Positions 50,721 to 61,356 are shown, numbered from the stretch's first letter. The stretch: DNA of 64,000 nucleotides from Promethearchaeia archaeon (GCA_046483985.1 JAWOCD010000075.1:45429-109428); one strand, 5' to 3'. The notes: a model not told the origin generated them from the sequence alone. Program-made: numbers and translations.

Positions 50721-51302
50721 TTATTTGAATAAAAAAATTGAAAAAATAGAGATTAATTTTAAAATTTTGCTTTTCGAATCGTTTTGATCTTCTAGTTTCT
50801 TTAGATTTTGATAAAAGTTCAGGTAAATTTCCCAAAATTCGTCAAGTTTATCTTCACTCACGACAAAATGCCGCAGACCTAACTGGTTATGCAAAGTTAA
50901 ATATTTTTCAAGTTCATCAAAATCCGGTTCGGACTTCTTTAATTCTTCACTGAGATACTCCATAAATGGATTTATAAGACTAATTGCGTGTTTCACTAAT
51001 TTATATATCCCTTTTATTACTTCCAGAGATATTCTGTATTGCCGATGACTCTGTTCTACACTGTTTCTATTTGGAAAGGTGGATCCCTTGGTCAGCCTTA
51101 ATATATCATAGAATTTATCTGAAATCGAATAATAGAGAGGATTAAATTTTCCTTTGGCATTCTTTTCTTCAGATTCTAAAATATGATGTTTTTTCATCTT
51201 TTTCAGGTGACGAACAACCGTAGATTTGTTTCTGTGGAGTAGTTTGCTCACCTCGGTTACATTCAATTTTGGATATAATCGAAGAAGCAAAAAAATCTTC
51301 AT
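50721..51302 (-). CDS. ArsR-like HTH regulator, possibly truncated
   Basis: LNVTEVSKLLHRNKSTVVRHLKKM HTH; low-complexity C-terminus abuts the gene fragment. Confidence 0.75.
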   Translation of the reverse strand: MKIFLLLRLYPKLNVTEVSKLLHRNKSTVVRHLKKMKKHHILESEEKNAKGKFNPLYYSISDKFYDILRLTKGSTFPNRNSVEQSHRQYRISLEVIKGIYKLVKHAISLINPFMEYLSEELKKSEPDFDELEKYLTLHNQLGLRHFVVSEDKLDEFWEIYLNFYQNLKKLEDQNDSKSKILKLISIFSIFLFK

Positions 51303-51382
51303 TCTTAATTTTCTGCCCGATTGTATTATTATTCGGAATCAAAAAGAATATGCAGAAATATATATAAAAAAAAAAAATCTAT

Positions 51383-53029
51383 TTATTTTTGGTGTTTTAA
51401 TACTCGGCCGGTTCTTATCCCAGTGTGTTCCCCGTGCTTGGCGGTTATTGCTCCATTTACAATTACATATTCAATACCATCGGGAAATTGACTACCATTC
51501 TCCAAAGTCCCGTTTTCTCTTATATCTTTAAAATCAAAGACCACTAAATCCGCTTTATTTCCTTCTTTAAGAATCCCTCGATCTTTCAGTCCCAAAATCT
51601 TCGCTGGAAGTGATGTGATTTTTCTAATTGCCTCCTCGAGGGATATATAATCTTTCTCTCTCACCCATCGTTGAATAACTCGGGGAAACGATCCATAGTT
51701 TCTTGGATGTTCATTTTGTTCAGGATTAACGATCAAGATTCCATCTGAACTCGCACATACGTATGGTTGTTTAAACAAGGGAATTATTCCCTTTTCCTCG
51801 TTCTTAGTTTTCAATGTGATAATGATCCCTCCTTCCTCATCCCGAACTAAGTCCAATAACCCTTCTTTTATGCTTTTATTGGGATATAACATTTTAATTG
51901 CTTCATAAAGGGTTTTTCCTTGAATTTCTGTATTGTTTGGACAACTGAGAATGGAAACTTGCTTGCTCAAGATGGGAAATATGATTCTCTTTAGAATAAA
52001 TTTAGGAATTATTCGGATGTACCATGGAGCATCGGATAAAAACATTTCATCCAGCTTTTGGAACATTTCATCTAAGATTCGCTTGCGGGTTTCTGGATTA
52101 GTAAGATTTTCTTCAAAATCGTTAAACACCCACGTATTAAACATAATAAAAGCAATAGGTGTGACTGCATCATCGTAAGTTGTAACGTCTGCTGTTATGT
52201 TTAACCCTTCTTTATGAACCTCTTTTACAGCTTGAATAATTTTAGATGTCATTTCTTCTACGGAACTACTTATGACGCTCCAATGTGAAATATGCCCTCT
52301 ACAATTTGCTTCTCGCGCAATTTGGAATACTTCGTTCATTCCAATATCTAAAACGTGTGCCCCTTCATTTCTCATATGACTCATGTATACTCCGTTATAT
52401 TCTCCAACAATTTTTGCAAGCTCGATTATCTCTTCAGTATCCGTTACTGACCCAGGAGGATAAACCAAGCCTGTACTCATCCCGAAGGCTCCATTTTCCA
52501 TACTTTTTCGCATAACATCCTTCATAAACTCTATTTCCTCTTCAGTGGCATCTCTTTCGCTTGCACCTAATTTTAGCGCACGTACATTCCCTTGCGGTAT
52601 GAGATAGGCCATATTAATAGACGTTCCTTTTTCTTCTAATTTCTTACTAAAACTCTGAAAATCATTACACAATTGTGGTTTAATGGATAAGAGTCTACTT
52701 GCAATATTATAATAATACTTTTTTACTCTTTCATTTGACGGACATATTCCAAATCCACAATGTCCCCCTGTCGTTGTTGTGCATCCTTGTAATATATAAG
52801 CTTCAATTTCTGGAAGATCTAAAATAGATAAATCTGCATGATTATGGATGTCAATAAATCCTGGGCAGACAATTTTATCGGTTGCATCAATAATTTTTGC
52901 TTCCTCGTTTTCGAGATCATTAGCAATTTTCTTTATCTCATCTCCCTCTATTAGAAGGTCAGACTTGAAACCCTTTGAGCCAGAGCCGTCATAGATCAAT
53001 CCGTTTTTAATTAAAATTTTTTCATTCAA
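51383..53029 (-). CDS. N-acyl-D-amino-acid deacylase paralog
   Basis: PGFIDIHNH, GHCG, STGLVYPPG, HMRNE, SSDG, HPRNYG; TTG start with GGTGA SD. Confidence 0.92.
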   Translation of the reverse strand: MNEKILIKNGLIYDGSGSKGFKSDLLIEGDEIKKIANDLENEEAKIIDATDKIVCPGFIDIHNHADLSILDLPEIEAYILQGCTTTTGGHCGFGICPSNERVKKYYYNIASRLLSIKPQLCNDFQSFSKKLEEKGTSINMAYLIPQGNVRALKLGASERDATEEEIEFMKDVMRKSMENGAFGMSTGLVYPPGSVTDTEEIIELAKIVGEYNGVYMSHMRNEGAHVLDIGMNEVFQIAREANCRGHISHWSVISSSVEEMTSKIIQAVKEVHKEGLNITADVTTYDDAVTPIAFIMFNTWVFNDFEENLTNPETRKRILDEMFQKLDEMFLSDAPWYIRIIPKFILKRIIFPILSKQVSILSCPNNTEIQGKTLYEAIKMLYPNKSIKEGLLDLVRDEEGGIIITLKTKNEEKGIIPLFKQPYVCASSDGILIVNPEQNEHPRNYGSFPRVIQRWVREKDYISLEEAIRKITSLPAKILGLKDRGILKEGNKADLVVFDFKDIRENGTLENGSQFPDGIEYVIVNGAITAKHGEHTGIRTGRVLKHQK

Positions 53030-53060
53030 TTTATTTAATTCACCTTTTTAAGTTGGTTAA

Positions 53061-53513
53061 TTATTTTGGTAATAGATCTAGCACTTTTTCGAAAGCTTGA
53101 ATAAATTTGTCATTATCTTCGGTGGTATGTTGTAGGCATGTAAAAGCTCTATTTCCGTATTTACTTATGACTCCTTCAGACAGTAATACCGTTGCGATAT
53201 CATCCACACATTTTTTTCGGTAAACGGCTTTTCGAATATTTTTAATGTCTCTAATATCCATTGCGGCCGGAGAAAAAGTCTCATAATGTACGCACGATTT
53301 TAAGTTATGTGCGAAAAATGGACGTTCGTCCCGTTCGAATAAATCATTTAATCTCTCTACCAAATCATCAGCTGCTTTCTCAATTCCATTAGTTTCCTCC
53401 AATATTTTTATTGTCCAATATGTTGCGGCTATGCTTAATGGATTTGCTCTCATTGTCCCTCCGATAAAAACATGTGACCCTCCCGTTTCTACATCCCCAC
53501 TTACAACATTCAT
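53061..53513 (-). pseudogene. C-terminal fragment of class-III aminotransferase (GSA aminomutase-like)
   Basis: IMNVV...GGT..ANPLS.AA...FTCLQHT.ED; lacks the N-terminal two thirds including the PLP lysine. Confidence 0.75.
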
Positions 53514-53623
53514 TATATCTTTTTAAATCTATAAAAAGGAGATTTATTAATTAATTTTTTTATTTCATCTTATTTTTCAGTAAAATAACAAGAAAAAGGA
53601 AAAAGATAAATCTTAGTTCTTTT

Positions 53624-53800
53624 TTATTCGTCTATTAATGGCGCTTTAAGTTTCTCCTTATTTTCACGTACTTTTTCTAATGTAAGCGAGTACATTTTCC
53701 ACATGGCCAGAAAGGCGATGAAATAAAAAAGCATAGGAATCAAGACCATGTGCATTCTGATCCCAAATTCTGCTAAGACTGTTTGGGAACTCTGTCCAGG
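53624..53800 (-). pseudogene. C-terminal fragment of a GPH/MFS sugar transporter
   Basis: Q...A.FGIRMHMVLIP...WKMY.LT.EKV.ENK last-helix pattern; no upstream coding region. Confidence 0.65.
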
Positions 53801-53951
53801 AGTGGACTTTTTTCGAATATTGTTTTGTTTCTTCTTTAGATTCACTCATTTTTGATGAGTGGATTATTTTATTTATTTTATAAAAAAGAATTATTTAACA
53901 GTTCTTTATAAAAATTATTTTTTTAGTTTAGTGAAATTTATATTCAACGCA

Positions 53952-55706
53952 TTATAAATTTACACTTTTATTAATCTCTTGAAGTTTTTCTTTTTTAATT
54001 TTAATTATTTCACGATCATAGGTCAGAAGTCCATTAATTTCTCCTTCCACATCGGTCAGTTGAGTATAAACACCCGCAGTCAAACCCCTTTGCTTGAAAT
54101 CCTTTAATTTAGTTATTAATTCCGCGTATTTTTGAGTTAGCTCTTCAGAATTGGATAATTTATCATAGACAAATTTTATTCGTTTTTTCCATAGATGATT
54201 GTTTATCTTCAATCCCAGTCCACCAAATTCACCACATACGGGGGCTCTTCCCTTTATTTTATTTGGCATGGCGGGTCCTACATATTCGTGACAGTCGGAT
54301 ATGTCACCGATCTCATGATCAAACCACCCACTTGCATTATTAAGAAGACGTGTGTGGTCTAAATCTCTGGTATAATTCACTACGGATTTGGTCTCAAATT
54401 GACCCCAACCCTCGTTAAAGGGAACCCACATAATAATAGAAGGATGATTAAATAGTGCGTTAATCATTTCTCTTAATTCTTGGTAAAATTGCTTCTTATG
54501 ATATTCTTTTAGATTATGATTGTATTTTTTATTTCGTTTTAAAAACCCCTTTAAGAAGGATAAAGTTCCCAACCCTCCGCCATTCGGCATATCTTGCCAT
54601 ACCAACATGCCTAATTGGTCACAATGATAATACCATCTTGCTGGCTCTACTTTTACATGTTTTCGAATCATATTAAAGCCCAATTCTTTAGCAATTTCTA
54701 TATCATATTTTAAGGCTTCATCCGTTGGAGCTGTATATAACCCATCTGGCCAATATCCTTGGTCTAGTACCCCAAATTGGAAAATATTTTTATTGTTTAA
54801 GGAAATCTGTCGTTTTTCGTCCTTATTCGAACTCAACTGGATTTTTCGCATTCCAAAATAGCTGGAAACTTCATCAATTATTTCTCCAGATCTAATTAGA
54901 TGAATTTTAAGGTCATACAGATGAGGGTGCTGTGGACTCCACAATTTCGGATTTACGATAGAAAACTCATATTTCTCTTTAAGAGCAATAATCTCTTCGA
55001 TAATCTGAGTTTCATCGTCTGAAATAGTTACTCTGCAAGTATCATCTTGCTTGGGATTTTTTACATTTAATTTAAGTTCTATACTTTTTTGATCAATATC
55101 AGGGAATAATTGAATAGATTCAATATGTGTACTAAAAACAGGTTCCAACCAGACTGTTTGCCATATCCCAGATACCGATGTATATTTTATCCCCCAAGGT
55201 CTAAGTGTCTGCTTTCCTCTCACTACTCCGGTTTTATTTGTTGGATCCCAAACGCCAACTACTAATTCGTTTTCTCCGGAGTATGTAATATATTTAGAAA
55301 TGTTGAAGGAGAATGGGGTATACCCCCCTCTATGCCGTCCTACTTGTTTCCCATTCACCCAAGCTGTTGCTTCCCAATCCACTGCGCCAAAATGTAGAAT
55401 AATTTGCTTACTTTTCCAGTCTTTTGGGATTACGAAAGTTCGCTTATACCATAATTTCTTTCGGGGATTTAATTTTTTTGCCACTCCCGACAGAGCAGAT
55501 TCAATAGGAAAAGGAACTAAAATCTCTTTACTAAAATGTTTGGGTCTGGATTTTCCCTTCTTTTTAATTGCATAAGTCCAGGTACCATTCAGATTTTTCC
55601 ATTCATTTCTTTTTAATTGAGGGCGGGGATATTTGGGAAGGCAAGAATCTGGAGAAACTTTATGAGCCCATCGTGTTATTATTTGATCTTCTATAAGGGT
55701 CCCCAT
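53952..55706 (-). CDS. GH2 glycoside hydrolase (beta-galactosidase-like)
   Basis: LNGTW, HFGAVDW, SGIWQTVWLE, GFNMIRKH, WVPFNEGWGQ, GEFGG, TDVEGE. Confidence 0.93.
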   Translation of the reverse strand: MGTLIEDQIITRWAHKVSPDSCLPKYPRPQLKRNEWKNLNGTWTYAIKKKGKSRPKHFSKEILVPFPIESALSGVAKKLNPRKKLWYKRTFVIPKDWKSKQIILHFGAVDWEATAWVNGKQVGRHRGGYTPFSFNISKYITYSGENELVVGVWDPTNKTGVVRGKQTLRPWGIKYTSVSGIWQTVWLEPVFSTHIESIQLFPDIDQKSIELKLNVKNPKQDDTCRVTISDDETQIIEEIIALKEKYEFSIVNPKLWSPQHPHLYDLKIHLIRSGEIIDEVSSYFGMRKIQLSSNKDEKRQISLNNKNIFQFGVLDQGYWPDGLYTAPTDEALKYDIEIAKELGFNMIRKHVKVEPARWYYHCDQLGMLVWQDMPNGGGLGTLSFLKGFLKRNKKYNHNLKEYHKKQFYQELREMINALFNHPSIIMWVPFNEGWGQFETKSVVNYTRDLDHTRLLNNASGWFDHEIGDISDCHEYVGPAMPNKIKGRAPVCGEFGGLGLKINNHLWKKRIKFVYDKLSNSEELTQKYAELITKLKDFKQRGLTAGVYTQLTDVEGEINGLLTYDREIIKIKKEKLQEINKSVNL

Positions 55707-55736
55707 AATTTTTCAAATTTCTCATATTGCTTTGCA

Positions 55737-55770
55737 TAATTATAAGTTAGATATTGACCTATTTAAAAAT
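55737..55770. promoter_or_regulatory. 34-bp repeat copy 1, probable promoter/operator (TATA-like TTTAAATA on minus strand)
   Basis: Identical to 61323-61356. Confidence 0.6.
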
Positions 55771-55820
55771 AAGATAAAAATAATATTTCTTCTAACTAAA
55801 TCTTTATTAAGTGATAAAAA

Positions 55821-56327
55821 ATGGTTGAACCCCAAAAATTATTAAATTTATTAAAAGAAAGGAGAAGTATTCGCAAATTTTCTAACAAAATGATTCCGGA
55901 CGATGAAATTGAGATGATATTGGAAGCGGGTCGATGGGCTCCATCTGCATCGAATCGCCAAGCATGGAAATTCATCGTAATTAAAAAAAAGGACCTCATA
56001 AATAAATTGGCTAAAACGGCCATATACGGAAAATTTGTAAAAGAGGCACCTATTTTGGTCGCTATCGTTGCCCTCGTCCATGAAAATCCTAACTGGTATA
56101 TTCAAGATACTTCATTAGCCTCAATGAATATGATGTTAATGGCGTGGACACTTAATATTGGCACATGTTGGCTTGGAAGTATGGACAGAGAAAAAGCAAA
56201 AGAATTATTGGAAATTAACCCCGAAAATTTTCTTTTGACGATCCTTCCATTTGGATATATCTCAAAGCCGGTTCCAGAACCAACTTATCGTAAGGATCTT
56301 AATGAGATTACTGAGATAATTGAATAG
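55821..56327 (+). CDS. Nitroreductase family protein
   Basis: RRSIRKF, APSASNRQAW, GTCW, GY. Confidence 0.92.
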   Translation: MVEPQKLLNLLKERRSIRKFSNKMIPDDEIEMILEAGRWAPSASNRQAWKFIVIKKKDLINKLAKTAIYGKFVKEAPILVAIVALVHENPNWYIQDTSLASMNMMLMAWTLNIGTCWLGSMDREKAKELLEINPENFLLTILPFGYISKPVPEPTYRKDLNEITEIIE

Positions 56328-56350
56328 ATCATCCTTGTTATTTCTTAAAA

Positions 56351-56878
56351 ATGACTAAAATAACGGTTTTAGGAGATACTCATCTACGTTTGGAGTTTGA
56401 AGATTTACCGGGGGCTATATTAGATGCTATTTATCAAAACGAGTATTTGTTTCATGTAGGCGATTACGTTGTTGTGGATATTATCGACAAATTAATTGAA
56501 CTTAAAGGGGATAAGTTCTATGGGGTTTATGGAAATGCAGATACTCTTAAGATTCGGACGCGTGTGCCTTCACAGAGAATCCTTCAGATAGACGGAAAGA
56601 TAATTGGTTTAACCCATCCTGCCTCCGGCGGAGAGTCCACCTATACGGAAAAAAAGGCCCTAAATTCATTTAATGTCCCTACTCTTGACATTCTTATATA
56701 TGGCCACACTCATTATCCGCTTATTGAACAGAGGGATGATTTTTTGCTTATTAATCCAGGAAAAGGCTATTTAGAAAAGCATTATTACGGTCCCCCTACG
56801 TCTTTTGTTATATTAGACATAAATAAAACGATTAACGCTAAGTTAATTTCTTTATCTTCGAAGAAAGCCGTTGATTAA
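56351..56878 (+). CDS. YfcE/Vps29-like metallophosphoesterase
   Basis: GDTH, HVGD, GNAD, H, GHTH, NPG. Confidence 0.9.
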   Translation: MTKITVLGDTHLRLEFEDLPGAILDAIYQNEYLFHVGDYVVVDIIDKLIELKGDKFYGVYGNADTLKIRTRVPSQRILQIDGKIIGLTHPASGGESTYTEKKALNSFNVPTLDILIYGHTHYPLIEQRDDFLLINPGKGYLEKHYYGPPTSFVILDINKTINAKLISLSSKKAVD

Positions 56879-56930
56879 CTTAATAGAATTGGAATTAAAT
56901 CATATATAAATTAAAATCTTATTATAATAT

Positions 56931-58532
56931 ATGAGTCCGAGTTTAGGATATTTTGGCTTAGTGTTGCACGGTCATATTCCATGGTGTAAACGTTCTGGTA
57001 CTTGGCCAGCCGGAGAGGAATGGCTTTTTGAGGCAATGAATGAAACCTACATTCCAATGTTAAACATATTACGGCAATTAAAAGAGGAAGGAATAAAAAC
57101 TGCCATCACCATTAATATCACGCCAATTCTGGCTGAGCAATTAGCCGATGACTATATGAAACTAAGGTTTGAAGAATATATGAATGATCTAATTGACAGA
57201 GCGGAAGGGGATATCCAAAGGTTTCACAGCCATCCTCAAAAAAAATCTTTGGCTAAATTCTATAAAAAGCGATTTGAGCGTGTATTAGACACATTTTATC
57301 ATAACTACTATCGAGATATTCTTGGAACCTTTAAGTGGTTAGAAGAGGAAGGCATGGTAGAGCTAATTACTTGCGCTGCTACACATGGTCTTCTTCCTTT
57401 GTTCAAATATGATTCAGGTATTTTTTCTCAGATTCAAACTGCGATTGATACCCACAAAAAGCACTTCGGCCGTGAGCCCAGCGGAATCTGGCTGCCTGAA
57501 TGTGCATATCGCCCAAAACAAATTAAAAATGGAGATGTACGAGAAAGTATTGACTATTGGCTGCATAATTCAAGCTTAGATTACTTTTTCGTTGATTCAC
57601 ACGGTATTTTAAATGCAGACATAATCGAGTCAAGAAATGATTTAGATCTTACTACCAATTTTGGTTATCGGTTGGAGTCGAATGTCTGCGTATTCGGAAG
57701 AAATAAGAAATCAAGCAGACAAGTGTGGGATTCCAAGATTGGATATCCGGGCGATCCAAATTATCGTGAATTTCATAAGAAAGATAAAACATCCGGTTTA
57801 CGGTATTGGAAAATTACCGAGAAAAACGTTTCAAAGGAAAATAAAGAGTTATATGATGTTACAGAGGCTCAAAAGGCCCTAAAATCTCATGCCGCACATT
57901 TTATCTCTGTTTTAAAGGAGGAATTATCTGATTTTGCCCACTCGCACAATAAATACGATGGGATTATTGTATCCCCTTATGATTTTGAATTGTATGGACA
58001 TTGGTGGATGGAGGGTATCGATTGGTTAAAACAAGTTTTCCGCTTAATTCATAATTCTAAGGAGTTAAAGATGATCACTTTTTCAGATTTTATTAAAGCC
58101 TATGGTGATAAGTTTTCAATTATTCAAATGCAAGAAAGTAGTTGGGGAAAAGGAGGTCATTTTGAAGTCTGGAAAAATAAAGACCATGAATGGATCTGGT
58201 CCTATATCAATTCTTCTATTAATGATTTGGAGATGATTCTTGCGCGTATTGAAAATCCGAATGAATGGGGAATCCGTGTTTTACAACAAACTGCACGAGA
58301 ACTATTGCTCATGGAAGGAAGTGATTGGCCATTTTTATTATATACAAAACAAGCAAAAGAATATGCAAATAAACGTTTTCACCATCATCACCAACGCTTT
58401 AATAAACTGATCTGGGCAGCAAAAGATCTGAGCGATAAAAATCGATTAAATATCCAAGAATTGAAAGAAATGGAAGAAATCGATAGTTGTTTTCCAAATT
58501 TGAATATTGATTATTTTCGAAAAATTGATTAA
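56931..58532 (+). CDS. GH57 glucan branching enzyme
   Basis: HGHIP, EEWLFEA..ETYIP, GIWLPECAY, YDFELYGHWWMEG, SDWPF. Confidence 0.93.
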   Translation: MSPSLGYFGLVLHGHIPWCKRSGTWPAGEEWLFEAMNETYIPMLNILRQLKEEGIKTAITINITPILAEQLADDYMKLRFEEYMNDLIDRAEGDIQRFHSHPQKKSLAKFYKKRFERVLDTFYHNYYRDILGTFKWLEEEGMVELITCAATHGLLPLFKYDSGIFSQIQTAIDTHKKHFGREPSGIWLPECAYRPKQIKNGDVRESIDYWLHNSSLDYFFVDSHGILNADIIESRNDLDLTTNFGYRLESNVCVFGRNKKSSRQVWDSKIGYPGDPNYREFHKKDKTSGLRYWKITEKNVSKENKELYDVTEAQKALKSHAAHFISVLKEELSDFAHSHNKYDGIIVSPYDFELYGHWWMEGIDWLKQVFRLIHNSKELKMITFSDFIKAYGDKFSIIQMQESSWGKGGHFEVWKNKDHEWIWSYINSSINDLEMILARIENPNEWGIRVLQQTARELLLMEGSDWPFLLYTKQAKEYANKRFHHHHQRFNKLIWAAKDLSDKNRLNIQELKEMEEIDSCFPNLNIDYFRKID

Positions 58533-58605
58533 CTTCTTTTAAATTCTATCCTTAACTATACCATTATATATCATAACTATTCAATACTTCATAAGGAGCG
58601 GACTC

Positions 58606-59328
58606 ATGCAATTAGTTTATCGTCATTTTTCTGACCCTTTCTCTACTCTGGATATATCCCTATGGGTAATAACCATAATCTTATCTCTTGTAATAGCTCT
58701 TTATTCTTTCTATAAAATCCTAACAGAGCCTAAGAAGATTACCAATTTACAAAAATGGAACGTAATCACATGGAGCATTTCATATCTTTTTCTTACTGCT
58801 GCAAATATCCTCAATCTAATTTGGAGATATGTGATCTCTAATCCAGAACTTGCTGAAGGGTTGGATAATATCTCTGTATTCTTTGTAAATTTAGCAATTT
58901 TAATGAAAATCCTTCATACAGAATATTCAATTAATAAATATGAATTTTATAAGGGATATTATTTCTCTATTGCCTTGATCGTCTTAATTCTTTTCACGTT
59001 ATTTGTTACCCCCGAGATGGTTCGGATATTAGGCATATTTCAAATTATTTATATTATTCTCCTGGTTATCGGAATATCCGTCTTTCCAGGAATATTTCTT
59101 TACTTGGCTTTTAAATTAGGAGGTAAAGAACGACGGAGAGCGGGAATGATCTTGATTGCAGCTATTTTCTTTACCGTTGGCTTCCTATTACAACCGCATA
59201 ATTTAATTGATTTTGCCGTCGAACTAGCTAATTTCGCTCTAATCTATAATATCTTTCTTATTCTCTGTCCTATCTTGATTTCGGTCGCACTTTTAATAAT
59301 ATTTAAAAGCTATTATGCGGTTTTATAA
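58606..59328 (+). CDS. About 7-TM membrane protein of unknown function
   Basis: About seven hydrophobic helices; paralog of next gene (TW...LIW, TE..IN...Y.GYYFS, QP). Confidence 0.8.
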   Translation: MQLVYRHFSDPFSTLDISLWVITIILSLVIALYSFYKILTEPKKITNLQKWNVITWSISYLFLTAANILNLIWRYVISNPELAEGLDNISVFFVNLAILMKILHTEYSINKYEFYKGYYFSIALIVLILFTLFVTPEMVRILGIFQIIYIILLVIGISVFPGIFLYLAFKLGGKERRRAGMILIAAIFFTVGFLLQPHNLIDFAVELANFALIYNIFLILCPILISVALLIIFKSYYAVL

Positions 59329-59424
59329 AAAGCCTATCTTGAATTCTTCAAAAGGCTAAAAATCGAATTTAATATGAAGAAAATTTTTAAATAACTAATA
59401 GAGGAATAATCTTTAGGAGAAAAA

Positions 59425-60168
59425 ATGATATTTTGCCCCTATAATGTTTTGAACATTTTTGATCTTATCTATTTAATTAGCTTAGCCATTAGTATTAGTA
59501 TATTGTTTCTAATCGGAACTTATACGATTTATATGATTAAATTTAAGCCGCTCGAAAAAACCTCTCCCCTCCAAGAGTTAAACACTCTTACCTGGGGGAT
59601 TGCATTCGTATTGATTGGGTTTTCTAATATTTTTAATATTTTATGGCAATATGTTGTAGATTCCCCCTTCCAAATTTTAGTTTTTGATCAGTTTGGAGCA
59701 TTTTTTTTTCATATTGCTGTTTTATTAAAGATTTTCAACACCGAACTCATTATTAATAGACATAACTATTTTTATCGTGGATATTATTTTTCTGCTCTCC
59801 TTGTGGGCTTAACAATATTTACATTTATCGTTTCTCCCTCTACAATTCGGGGTAGTCTCCTCTTAAACGTTATTTATTTGACATGGGGGACTCTTGGAGT
59901 TTCAATCTATATGTACACATTTATATTTCTCTATTTAAGGTCAGAAGAATATCGTGATCGAAAGATTGCCCTCAAAATACTCATTTGTCCCGTTTTATTT
60001 GTAGTTGGAATGGTTTTTCAGCCCCAAAATATGATATTGCATATCTCTGCCATCCCTTTATTGAATTTTTTTCTTATTCAGCTGATAATTATCCCGCAAA
60101 CTTTAATCTCCATCGGGATAATTCTAATGTATACCACTTATAATGATAATTTCCAAAAAAGATTATAG
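59425..60168 (+). CDS. About 7-TM membrane protein, tandem paralog
   Basis: Shares motifs with 58606-59328. Confidence 0.8.
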   Translation: MIFCPYNVLNIFDLIYLISLAISISILFLIGTYTIYMIKFKPLEKTSPLQELNTLTWGIAFVLIGFSNIFNILWQYVVDSPFQILVFDQFGAFFFHIAVLLKIFNTELIINRHNYFYRGYYFSALLVGLTIFTFIVSPSTIRGSLLLNVIYLTWGTLGVSIYMYTFIFLYLRSEEYRDRKIALKILICPVLFVVGMVFQPQNMILHISAIPLLNFFLIQLIIIPQTLISIGIILMYTTYNDNFQKRL

Positions 60169-60221
60169 GAAAAATTAAATATAAATAACAATTCCATCTA
60201 TAATGAGATTAATTGTTTGGT

Positions 60222-60249
60222 CTCACTCCTTTAGGCGTGAGTAGATCAA
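60222..60249 (+). mobile_element. IS200/IS605-type right-end remnant
   Basis: CTCACTCC-TTTA-GGCGTGAG-TAGATCAA. Confidence 0.6.
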
Positions 60250-60253
60250 CTCT

Positions 60254-61156
60254 CTATTTCCGGAAAAATTTCCCATTTTCTTTCTTGATTTTGTCTTCGC
60301 TCACTAATTTCTCTAAATGCTGCTGAATCATGACCTTTTCGGCCATTTTTTCATAAATTTCGTATTTAGAATAATGGTGATAAATGATGTTCTTCCCAAT
60401 TAAATCAGCCAAGGAGGTAGGTTTCTTTTCCGGTAGCAACGACAGAATTCTATCTTCTCGTTCGGTTAAAATTTCACGATATCGTTTTAGATCTTCTTGG
60501 ATATTGGACCTGCCAGAAATTATTTCTCTATGTCCTGTTGCTGCAAGGTTGATATCCATTTTTTCTATTTTTTGAATGGATTTTTCAAAATCCCTTAATG
60601 AAGAGTCTCGTGCAGCGTACCAAGGACCAAAATCTGATAAATCTATATCTCCTAAAAATGCAGTTCCTGTACTTAGTTCAAGAAAACAGCAATGTCCAGC
60701 CGAATGTCCTGGAGTATGAATAACCTTAATCTCAAATCCACCTTCTGTCTCCATGGTTTGTTTATTAGAGATTAAATGGTCAACTTCTGTATTTTCTAAA
60801 CGTAATCCCCCTAAAATCATCTCAAATAATTCTTTTTGTTGGGTTTTATCTCCAACATAATAGGAACTATACATTTTGTTAACATCTTCGATTATCGGGA
60901 CATCGTATTCATGCGCGAAAAAGCGAGCTTTTGGAAGTAATCGATTTCCCGAAATATGATCTTCATGCCAATGTGTGAGAAGGACATTTTTTATGGCGTA
61001 TTTTCTTTTCAGTTTTCTAATGTATCTACTTGAAATCCCCGTGTCTATGAGTGATTTCCCAATCAGCAATGAATGAGAGTAAGGATACTTTCCGCTTCTC
61101 TGTCCTTTAATAAAATAGATATTATCCGACAATTCTTTGACAAATTTCAAGCTCAT
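60254..61156 (-). CDS. Metallo-beta-lactamase-fold hydrolase
   Basis: IDTG, THWHEDH, HTPGHSAGH, GD, GH. Confidence 0.92.
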   Translation of the reverse strand: MSLKFVKELSDNIYFIKGQRSGKYPYSHSLLIGKSLIDTGISSRYIRKLKRKYAIKNVLLTHWHEDHISGNRLLPKARFFAHEYDVPIIEDVNKMYSSYYVGDKTQQKELFEMILGGLRLENTEVDHLISNKQTMETEGGFEIKVIHTPGHSAGHCCFLELSTGTAFLGDIDLSDFGPWYAARDSSLRDFEKSIQKIEKMDINLAATGHREIISGRSNIQEDLKRYREILTEREDRILSLLPEKKPTSLADLIGKNIIYHHYSKYEIYEKMAEKVMIQQHLEKLVSEDKIKKENGKFFRK

Positions 61157-61218
61157 ACTTTCACTTCCTATTATTTTTAATTCTTAAATCTAGAATATGC
61201 TAATATGCTATCTAAAGA

Positions 61219-61320
61219 TTGAACTACTCACACCTAAAGGCGTGAAATTCATATTCTCTGATACGTGATTAGTACATTAGACAATATAGGTTAATGCTTA
61301 GGTATTAGTCCGAAGCATTA
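61219..61320 (-). mobile_element. About 100-bp IS200/IS605-derived element (5' hairpin plus right-end hairpin ending TTCAA)
   Basis: Minus strand TAATGCTT...AAGCATTA hairpin, then TTCACGCC-TTTA-GGTGTGAG-TAGTTCAA. Confidence 0.55.
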
Positions 61321-61322
61321 TT

Positions 61323-61356
61323 TAATTATAAGTTAGATATTGACCTATTTAAAAAT
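61323..61356. promoter_or_regulatory. 34-bp repeat copy 2
   Basis: Identical to 55737-55770. Confidence 0.6.
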
